Positions 54,032 through 64,000 of a stretch of DNA of 64,000 nucleotides are shown one piece after another. The stretch covers positions 15,562,001-15,626,000 of the forward strand of contig OZ024745.1 in NCBI GenBank assembly GCA_964016885.1. The letters are read 5' to 3'. How positions within the stretch are numbered: the stretch's first letter is position 1; the number at the start of each line of letters is the position of its first letter. This stretch comes from Eledone cirrhosa. Its lineage: Eukaryota. The notes under the pieces are model-generated. The model searched no databases and was not told the DNA's origin. It saw nothing but the letters and a program-made list of their open reading frames with translations. A program made the translations under genes and the position numbers.

Positions 54032-54321
54032 TATAGATATAGATATATAGATAGATAGACGGATAGATAGATAGTCTGCGGTACTGGGGCCGGGAAGACC
54101 ACAAGTCAGAGAAGTACTGGATAAATGGTATAATGCAGAAAAGGTATATTAGTAAAACAGAGGATCGACCGCGAGCTCGGTGGTTTCGGCTAGTTACCAA
54201 CACAAACCACCGGTTCTACCCATTGGTAAACAGCCTAACATGAAACTTAAGGCAAAATCTCATGGGGAGTGTAAGTCAAATCGGCTAAAAAAAATCAGTT
54301 TCAATTTTGTCTATATCTATA

Positions 54322-54391
<70 letters not shown>

Positions 54392-54439
54392 TTATAAAGG
54401 AAACGAAAAATCAGTGATGCATCTGGACTTAGTTTATTT

Positions 54440-54530
54440 CGTGTTACAAATGTTTCGCCGGCATGTAGCTCGAGTCATGGTCCTTGTATGGATCTGGCTG
54501 ATTCTACTTCTGCGGGTTCTTTCAGACACG
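54440..54530 (-). ncRNA. Hammerhead-like motif with a one-base core insertion (family I)
   Basis: CGUGU-CUGAAAGA-long stem II-GAAA-CAUUUG-UA-ACACG. Confidence 0.65.
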
Positions 54531-54667
54531 GGTGTTATGTCCGGAGCAAATTTTATCACTGATAATGTCCGGAGCAAATTTTATCAGTGATAAAAGGCTG
54601 CCTCCTAATTTAATGGTCGCTTATATTATGGTACGTCAAAATTATTTATAAAACTGTTTATATATTG

Positions 54668-54733
54668 TATTTTATCTGACGAAGGCATGCCATATTTTTA
54701 ATATGGTATCCCTGAAATATGTATAATGAAATA
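54668..54733 (+). ncRNA. Type I hammerhead ribozyme (family E-like)
   Basis: UAUUUUAU-CUGACGA-AGGC-AUGCCAUAU-UUUUA-AUAUGGUAU-CCCU-GAAA-UAUGUA-UA-AUGAAAUA. Confidence 0.82.
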
Positions 54734-54913
54734 AATATGGTTTTATAAATATAGTTTCCATTTGTTTAATATCGTATATCTACTCCAAAAACTTGTCGAG
54801 TGCTTTATATCAGTTATAAAATATTTACTTGTTGTAACCCAACAATTTTAAATAAAACTTTTGCATATATATATATATATGTGTGTGTGTGTATATATAT
54901 ATATATGTATGTA

Positions 54914-54956
<43 letters not shown>

Positions 54957-55612
54957 CTAAGAAAAACTAAATACGTGAAATATCTTGGGGTGGGTTACAT
55001 ATTAAAAATAAGTCGACGACTGTTGCAATAACTTCACTCCAGGCAACATTTGTGTCACCTAAAGTAAAGTTTACATCCCCAAAAGACCAATTTCTAATTA
55101 TAAAACATCCAATAAAATTGCTTTCGGCAAAACAAAAAAAGGCCAACATTGATTTCTTCCATTGAAGAGAAGGTGGGGAAGGAGGGGATTTGTGTGGCTT
55201 TATGTGGTTATATGTGTTGATGTTGTCGTTGCTGTTACAGCTTAGTTGAGGTTGTTCAAACTGAAAGAAGGGGTAATATAAGTGAAATGGGAAATAAACT
55301 GTGAAAGAAACGTCTTGTGCATTTAAACAAACAGATATTGTAAATTATTGTTTTCACAAACCTCTCAAATATCTGCGTGGAAAAGTATAAACCTAGTGGG
55401 AATTGAAGGAGATATAGAGAAGTTTTACAGTTATTGATAAGTGATTTGGAGATAAATATTTTAGATTCAATACAGTTTCAGATATATTTTTCTGTTTATT
55501 TGTGGAGTCTATATTACATACGAGATACACTTCATGTCTTCTCACTGAACAATGATTTTAATATATGTGTATGTATGTGATGATGTGAGTGTGTGTGTGA
55601 ATGCATGTATAG

Positions 55613-55643
<31 letters not shown>

Positions 55644-55644
55644 C

Positions 55645-56205
55645 TTGTTATACTTGGGGAGGGTCATATTTGTGTAATAATATTGCCAGAATTAATAACA
55701 GAACACACTCACTGTTTGGTTGGTTTTCGCTTCTGTGTCTTTTATATCGGTTAATTTAATTTAATCGGTCCTCAATGTTTCCATTGACTGACCAACGGTC
55801 AAAAATACAGATACAATATAGACACAAACACATATATAAAGTCTAACAAAGTTCTTTCGTTGCACTTCTGCAACATCGTCAGTGGTGCTATTATGTTTCC
55901 TCCCGTTGTATTGTATGCTTACGCCATCTTTATTTAGTCTGTTTATTTATTTATTTATTTATTTGTTGTTGTTTTTTGTCTTCTCTGCGCATGCGTTTGC
56001 GTGTGTGTATAGTGTTTTGTTTGATGTGTGTTCGTGTTTGGGTGACTGTGTGTTGGTTATTGTATTCTATCTTAGTTTACTAGTGTGTGTTTATATGTGT
56101 TTGTTGTTATTGTGCTTGTGTATGTATTTATTTATATATATACTGATTGTTGATTATTTAATTAATTAATTCGTCATTGAGCCACACCGTGAATGGTTGC
56201 CAAAA
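55645..56205 (-). mobile_element. Diverged relative of the family A 3' UTR with hammerhead (55845-55886)
   Basis: Starts ttgttatacttggggagggtcat like 1430 and 12655; minus-strand CUGACGA-U-GUUGCA-GAAG-UGCAAC-GAAA-GAAC-UU; shared tgcgcatgcg motif. Confidence 0.7.
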
Positions 56206-56255
56206 ACATATATATATATATATATATATGGCTCTGTCTAGTTTATATGTAAATC

Positions 56256-56375
<120 letters not shown>

Positions 56376-56392
56376 CACATATATGTATATAT

Positions 56393-57610
56393 AGGATTAT
56401 CCTAGATGCAGTAATGGTTAATTACTACACTGGATAGAGTTGACGTACGGTGAGAGGTTACTCAACGAGTTATGAAAGAATTGTTGAAGAAACTTAGTTC
56501 CTGATCCTTCTGTATTCCGGAGTGTAGATAAAGAATGTATAATAACAGGTAGACACCATAAAAAGGTAATTTATTCTGTGTGCTTACAAATGTTTCCACG
56601 GTGGTTATACAGCCTAGTTATGCTATGTGCAAATTTATAACTATTTGCAAAACTCAATTATCAAATGCTGTGACCAGTGTATCATCAGAGCAGAATGGTT
56701 AAAATGTAAAATGTAAATACCCTTAAGTGAGGTTATTGGGGAAGATAGAGTAGAAAAGGAAGAGAGAAAAGAAGGGGAGAGGAAGAGAGAGAGAGATATG
56801 TAGGGGTTGGAGAAATGGGAGAGAGTGGTTTGTAGATATCTTAATCAAAATGTTGTGGTAGGTGTTTTATTATACTGGTTACTTTTAAAGCGACCACCTT
56901 AAGCGATGCGTTGATAGTCAAGGTTGGAATTATTTATTGCCCCAGAGGGCAAGGTTCATAGATGTGGAGAGGGAGGGAGGTTGACCTAGGGCGAGAGAGA
57001 GAGAGTGGAATGGATAGAGAGGGAGGGATAGAGAGGGGATAGACGAAAGCTATGGGGTGGGTGTACATTGGGTTCATAGTAGTAATCTACGAATTGCACT
57101 AGGTTCCCATTTATAGTGATAAGCAGGGTATTGTCTTGTAGTGTGGGGGAAGAGAAAGTGGTTAGCTAGAAAGCAATGTTATAGTTACGGGTTCGAATGT
57201 TAAATTATTTTATAGTTAGAGAATTTAGCCTTAAGTTTGTGGTTGCAGTATAATGATCGTTCGATTCTATTATTTAGTAATTTATTTTTGGATTTTAAGA
57301 TGTAAAATAGCTCAAGGTTACATAACCTACAGTACTTCAATCCACTCCGATATGCACTAGCGCTGGAAAGTATATCCCATTTCAAGGTGAACTGTTGGTT
57401 GCGTTCACGGAGTTGCCAGGTCTTGTTGGCGAGCGTGGTCACAAAACGGTGATCAGGATGTTTAATTGAGAATCGATGACGGTACCAGCGAGATTTAAAA
57501 GAGGTAGTGGTAGACCCGATGTAATACCATTTCTGGTCGTTCGATTCAACCGTGCATTGGTAAACAATGTTGGACTTTAGGCATTTATTCATCGGGTCTA
57601 CCACTACCTC
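56393..57610 (-). mobile_element. 5'-truncated PLE (family J): GIY-YIG end plus 3' UTR
   Basis: 57200-57610 reads KCLKSNIVYQC...YYIGST...RWYRH...CRLCNLE...LLN...CNH; microsatellites on both sides; hammerhead in the UTR. Confidence 0.88.
56581..56692 (-). ncRNA. Type I hammerhead ribozyme with extended stem II (family J)
   Basis: UGCU-CUGAUGA-UACACUGGUCACAGC...GCUGUAUAACCACCGUG-GAAA-CAUUUG-UA-AGCA; same strand as the endonuclease ORF. Confidence 0.78.
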
Positions 57611-57967
57611 ATATATATATATATATATATATATATAGGTATATGTACATGCATATATATATATATATATATGAGTATATATGTGTATGTGTGTGTGTAC
57701 ATAAAACTGGCACTCCATGTGATAAATTCCTAGATGCTAATGACTTAGTCCTTATAGTTGAATATACAGCTCACAAATGAGTGAGTGCCACTTGAGTAGT
57801 ATAAGCTTCTAGCAGCAGTCAATATCTATTGTGGTATGGTAGAGACGCCGGCATTTTGAAACCTGACGGAGTCCATCTCCTCTCCAGGTCTGAATAGAGC
57901 AGATTTCTTCCAGAAAGGATACAGAGAGTGAGAGTGGGTAAATGAGAAAGAATAGAGGAAGAATCGT

Positions 57968-58117
57968 CCCAGTACTAGACTGGTACTTTATTTTTTTTTA
58001 CCTAGAATGTATAAAAGGCAAAGTTGACCTCGGTGGGATTTGAACTGAGGGAGTAGAGAGCCGTAACGAATACCGCAAAACATACTATCCGACGTTCTAA
58101 CGACTCTGCCAATTTTC
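57968..58117 (-). mobile_element. tRNA-derived SINE, family 1 (diverged)
   Basis: Homologous to 10460-10650. Confidence 0.75.
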
Positions 58118-58662
58118 CGGCTATATTAAGTTATATGTATTAGTTAAAACACTAAACCGGCTTTCCCTCTACGCCATTTCTATCTTCTATATCTCTATAT
58201 GATACTACATAAGATAAAATGATATTTCTGGCAAGATAAAAAAAAAAATCATTATATCTGGAAACAAACGGTATTAGTAGTTCACTGTAATAAATAATTT
58301 AATTACGTTTTACTATAGAAAACGATCCAAGGCTGGTTAATTTAATTGGAGAAATGTTTCATTAATTGTGGCGAAGAAGAATTATTTTCTCATAGATTTA
58401 TTAACGGTATCCTATATTGTACAATCCAAAGTATGATCAGTTATAAACAATTTTCTAAATTAGTTTTTAAACAGAATAGAGACGATGGTGTGGTCGTGTA
58501 GCAGAGGAGTGTAATGTTGTTTGATAGGGTCTTAACAAATTGAACCACATTTCAATAAAGTTGCATATGTCTATACTAATAGATTAATAGAATTTTATTT
58601 TGTTAAAGGTTTCTGAAGGAAGTGTATAATTATTTAAAGTGTGTCTGTATCTATCTACCTTT

Positions 58663-58911
<249 letters not shown>

Positions 58912-58948
58912 AACATGCCATACATACATATATATATATGTGTGTGTG

Positions 58949-59152
58949 TGTAAAAGGTAAACAGAAATAACAATACAATCGGTACAGTATATGGAATGGA
59001 TATATTAGGTTAACGCTTGATATAGCAGGAAGAGGGTTTTAACGTTTAGGACGCTAGTCCTTCATCAGAAGAAAGAATGAGAAATAAGATAGATGAAGAG
59101 GACGGGCGGGTTGGAAATGGAAAAAATGTCTTTAGATAAAAAAAACAGGTCC
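58949..59152 (-). mobile_element. Family D fragment; hammerhead GAAA mutated to UAAA
   Basis: Colinear with 18549-18770. Confidence 0.8.
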
Positions 59153-59304
59153 ATATATATATATAAAAGAGTTAAACAAGATTCAATGAGTACATCAAAG
59201 AATGAGTTTTACAGTAGATTGGAAGCACTCTACAGTAGATATTTTCCAGAGTTATTAATATTAATTAAAATATTAACAAATTAGATATTCTTGTGATCAA
59301 TTAA

Positions 59305-59369
59305 ATTTTATTATACATATTTCAGAGGTACTGAATTAAGTTCAACAGTACGTCCTCATCAGATAAAAT
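59305..59369 (-). ncRNA. Type I hammerhead ribozyme (family E-like)
   Basis: AUUUUAU-CUGAUGA-GGAC-GUACUG...CAGUAC-CUCU-GAAA-UAUGUA-UA-AUAAAAU. Confidence 0.82.
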
Positions 59370-59985
59370 AAAATGATACATGACATACCCTGACATGTTA
59401 GATGGTTTAGATTTAATCAAGGTAGTGATTAACTTATGAGAAAACTCAATATTTATCCCCTAATATTGAGAACCTGAGAAAACGTAATAGAATCAATAGA
59501 GAAAGTGTGAGTAAGAAAACATTGCCTTAATGCAACAGTTATAGAATTTTTAATATTTGAAATACTGCTATAGAACTATACGATAGAGGAAAGTATAGAG
59601 AAAGACGTATCTGAAGTTATAACTTATTTAGTATTTAGCTTGAGAAGACAAATGACAGATAATTAAAGAGAGGGAGAGACAAAGGGGAGTAATTTATGCT
59701 CAAATTTCTTTACACACACACATAAACATATATAGCTTTGGCGGTTAAATTTCAAAATATTTAATTTATGTTATTTCAGGGTAAAGAATCAACATTTTAG
59801 GTTTTAAAAGTTGATGGGTATTTGTATTAATATTATAATATAATTAGTTTAAATTTCTAAAATTCTAAATTTTATTAAGACAAATTTAAAGGATTTACGA
59901 AGCCCACGAAAGAAAGAAGATATACATATAATGTTCAATATTCCCACAAAGGTAATCTTTAACAAAATTACTTATAAAACTGACA

Positions 59986-60690
59986 ACATTTTCTATAATA
60001 TACTTTATGAGATATTTACAGTTATAATTATTAAAGAATTTATTGTTAAATAGTTATAGTGCCTAAAGTATTAGCAGGTCTTATAATTAAACCTAAAGAG
60101 GTCAGAGTTTTCAGCTATATATATATATGTGTGTGTATTAATCATAATACCAGGACTATAATTTATTATTTATTATAAGTGATTATATAAGTTCGACCTT
60201 CTAGGGAAAATCATAGTTACATTTGTATAAAACTAATAACAATGATTATAATTACTATTCTTATTAAATGTTTACCATTTCATTAATACCTAGTACATCT
60301 ATATATAGTTTTATACAAATATTTTTATCTAGGATAATAACATAATCGTAGTTACACTTATATAGATAATGTAAACACCCAAATGACATTATTATAAGTG
60401 TTTGGTCTTCCCTGGAAAGTCGAACTTATATAATCATTTACTTAATATAATATATGAACTAATAATAAATTATAACTCGGTTTTCCCTAGAAGGTCGAAT
60501 TTATATAATCACTTACTTAATATAATATATGAACAAATAATAAATTATAGTCCTGGTATTATGATAAATACACACACATATATATATATATAGCTGAAAA
60601 CTCTGACCTCTTTAGGTTTAATTATAAGACCTGCTAATACTTTAATAATTATAACTGTAAATATCTAATAAAATATATTATAGAAAATGT
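59986..60690. repeat. Imperfect inverted repeat (~220-bp arms) with an internal 75-bp tandem duplication
   Basis: 59986-60218 pairs with 60472-60690 with indels; 60405-60476 resembles 60480-60548. Confidence 0.85.
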
Positions 60691-61200
60691 TTTTTTACAA
60701 ATATATTGCATATGTATATTAAGCATTTATATAGACATCTATAATAAAGACATATAGACATCTATAATAAAGACATATAGACATCTATAATAAAGACATC
60801 TATGAGATTGTGTAGATTCTACATAATCTCATAGATGTTTCTATTCTTATTGGCAAAATCACTTTCTTTTTACATCTATGTTACTAATGATAAACTAACA
60901 TCATCACCATCATTGTTTACTGTCCATTTTCTCTGCTAGTAAGTTTTGGATGTGTCATCACAGACTGATAGTGGGGGGCGCTGAGGGTATTACGTGGCCG
61001 TGAGGGGGGGGGGGGGGGACCCAAAAGTTTGAGAACCTGTGTTAGATTGTTCTTCAATAAATATATACACTATCATGTATGTATAATTTATATATATATA
61101 TATCGTGTGTTTAATTGTTCATCAATATATATATATACACAATCATATATATATAATTCTTCTTCAATATATATACAGTATCATGTATGTTTGATACCTC

Positions 61201-61236
<36 letters not shown>

Positions 61237-61768
61237 CCTCATATATATATATATACACCCTCATATATATATATATACACCCTCATATATGTTAGATTGC
61301 AGACACAGATTGATCGTGGTGTGAGTGAACTACATGAGAATCATCGCACTTCACTGTTTTGTGTGTGTGTGTGTACATGCGAGCATGTGTGTGTGTGTGT
61401 ACGTGTGACCGTGTGTGTGTGTACGTGCGAGCATTTGTGTGCGTGTGTGTGTGTGTGTGCGAATGTGTGTGTTTTTGTGTGTACGTGGGAGCGTGTATGT
61501 GTGTGTAAGACAAATGAAATAAAAGAATGGACATGTTCTATATTCCGAGGTAAACAGTGATGTTGCAGTATGGCCGCAAACCACCGGTTGGAATAAGTAA
61601 AAATAGTAATTTACCTGCAAGGTGATATGAAATGAGAAGGTTGCCATCGTTGTCCTGTTCACAGATACACTATTTTCGTTACATTGAGGTCCGGACTCTC
61701 CAAACCAACACTACAATAAATATATAAAATATGGTATAGGATTGGTGCTCTGAAATAGCGATGAATAC

Positions 61769-61948
61769 ATGAATGTATGTATAGTATGTTTGGCAATATA
61801 CCGTATGTTTATCTTCTCTCCCTTCTTTCGCCGAAAAGAAGTAAGTGACATAGTCACTACTTTAAAACCGATAACGTATGGTCTTCTAAATGTTTTTAAT
61901 TAAACACAACATACGGTATATTGCCAAATATACTATACATACATTCAT
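61769..61948. repeat. Inverted repeat, ~41-bp arms
   Basis: atgaatgtatgtatagtatgtttggcaatataccgtatgtt / aacatacggtatattgccaaatatactatacatacattcat. Confidence 0.85.
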
Positions 61949-62039
61949 ATATAAAATATATTTTTAAACACATCAACTTGATATTAAATGCTGTATATCA
62001 GAAGAATAGAACATACAATATTAGAACAGTAGGTAGTAA

Positions 62040-62370
62040 AGACCCCTTCGGTCACGAATGAACATAGGATTTGTACTAAGAAGGTTCCCCCTCCGAGACA
62101 CAAATCCGGGCAAGGTTGTTTGTGGAAGGCCAGCAGTCGCCCATGTATACTAGTCTCTCCTCTCCATGCCACCAATGTTGTCCCAGGGAAAGGCAATGGC
62201 CGGTACATCTTGGCACCTGTGACGTCGCAACTCATTTCTACAGCTAAGTAAACTGGAACAATGTGAAATAATGTGTCTTGCTCAAGATCACAATACATCG
62301 CCCAGTCCGGGAATCGAGCTCACAAACTGACGACTGTAAGTCCAACACTCTAACCACTAAGCCATGCGCT
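62040..62370 (-). mobile_element. tRNA-derived SINE, family 3
   Basis: Minus-strand head gcgcatggcttagtggttagagtgttggact...gagctcgattcccgg (A and B boxes), then ttgagcaagacac. Confidence 0.75.
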
Positions 62371-62816
62371 TTAGAACAATAGACTTCTGAATACTGGATA
62401 TTCCAATACTGGATATTAAATGGAATGGACCCTCGTCACTTTCGACAATGAATGTTTCAGTTGTTCGATCAATATCACAGCCTTCTCGGGTAATTAACGT
62501 GTAAATGGCTGAACATTCTAAAGACACTAGTACTTTAAACGCAATTCTCAGGGAGATTCAATGTGATACGATGAGTGACAAGACTGACCATTTGAATTTC
62601 GGGTACAGTCAATCTGACGGGCTTCCAAATAGTTTCTGTCTACCCAGACACACCCACAAGTATATAGAATATCAGTTTAATAAACTATTGAATATTGAAT
62701 ATTAGAATATAAACACTTTTCTCTCCAAACACCCAACAATAAAAGTCGATTATAGTACAACAGATGTTACCTCAATGTTATTTAGTACAACAGATGTTTT
62801 ATAGGAAAATACTTGG

Positions 62817-63045
62817 ATTGGCAGTGGAATCGGTAGAGCGTCTGACAACATGCTTTGCGGCTTTGAGTTACGACCTTTTACGTTCTGAGTTCAAATCACG
62901 CCGAGATTAGCTTAGCCTTTCATGCTTACAGGGTCAATAAAATAAAACACCAGTAATGCACTACTGGTATTTTCCCTTCTACAGTTAATCGACCCCTCCC
63001 CCCCCAAAAAAAATACTTGTGCCGTAATCAGAAACCATTATTATT
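62817..63045 (+). mobile_element. tRNA-derived SINE, family 1 (diverged)
   Basis: Homologous to 9144-9333. Confidence 0.75.
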
Positions 63046-64000
63046 GCTTTTTGTATCGCGCCCCCCCCCCCCCCCCATATTATTATTGAGAATTATATGG
63101 GTTGGGGGGCGATACAAAAACACTAATGAAGCATGGATGCCTCAGAATCTCACAATGACCAAAATACTTATAGAGTTACGTCCCTTTACGTTCGGAGTTC
63201 AAATAGTGACGTTTCCTAAACAGAAACGTGGGAATACTTGCAACAGACTCCGCTTAAGGAACATTACTAAAACAATAGACGCCAGAAGACAAATCATTCT
63301 TCCTTATCTTCTTATAACTGAGAACTGTCTTTAAAACTACATACTTACCAAATAGGTTCCTTCATTACAATTGTAAATGGTTTAACATGTGTGTGTGTAT
63401 ATATATATATATTTGTGTTAGTGTGTGTGTGTGTGTGTGGCTATGCACACACTCACGTATACACATACAAAATGTAATGTAATGTAATATACAGCAATGT
63501 ATGTTTGTAACGTATGCAAACCTGAAGAAAAATGAGTGCTTTTATGAAAGTGGATTTTATAAGCCTATTTACTTTTTTTACAAAATTAATATATTAATGG
63601 AAAAAGGCGGTCAAAAGCGATTATGTACAACAATAATGATAACAACGACAATGATAGGAACTACATCAACAAGAGTAACAGCAATACCAACAACAGAACT
63701 ACCAACGAAAACAACATAAGCAGTAACAAGTTGTAACCAAGAAAATATATGAATTATCCGGAAAGATTATATATACGCTTATGTGTGTGCATACATATGT
63801 ATATATGTATGTGTATACAGAGACATCTATCTATCTCTTTCTCTCTCTCTCCCTCTCCCTCTCCCCCCCTCTCTCTCTCGGCTTCTCAAACTCAGATATC
63901 AGTTTGACAATCCGCCTCAGACAGACGAATGCGAGAAAGTTCTCCAGCCCAAGTTAACCAGGAATCTCTAAAATTCTTCCCACCGAAGTTAACAAAGAAC

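Noticed and set aside
60970-61045. hAT-like terminus (aaaagtttgagaacc)
   Set aside because: No matching second TIR or 8-bp TSD found.
62290-62370. tRNA gene
   Set aside because: The tRNA-like head continues into a SINE body and does not form a complete cloverleaf.

Overview
Repeat-rich, AT-rich metazoan genomic DNA, probably a cephalopod such as Octopus (inferred from (TA)n/(CA)n/(GA)n density and SINE type, not proven). Only one intact host gene is visible: an intronless, divergent beta-tubulin (47813-49099, +) that ends right after helix H12 and lacks the acidic C-terminal tail. The rest is mainly Penelope-like retroelements (PLEs) inserted into (TA)n tracts: one near-full-length but disrupted RT+GIY-YIG copy (12655-16527), two large foldback insertions (1430-3341, 22464-25355) and many small hairpin-shaped 3' fragments. 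By eye I find about 19 minimal type I hammerhead ribozyme motifs (some degenerate) from about 10 sequence families, mostly in (TA)n-flanked modules that look like unique DNA. Also present are a 14.3 kb 33-45 bp satellite with higher-order duplications, a 1.8 kb 24-bp minisatellite, an RTE-type LINE 3' end with three C2H2 fingers, tRNA-derived SINEs and two mariner-type MITEs. Most ORF-track entries are microsatellite artefacts. All alignments were done by eye, so boundaries may be off by a few bases.
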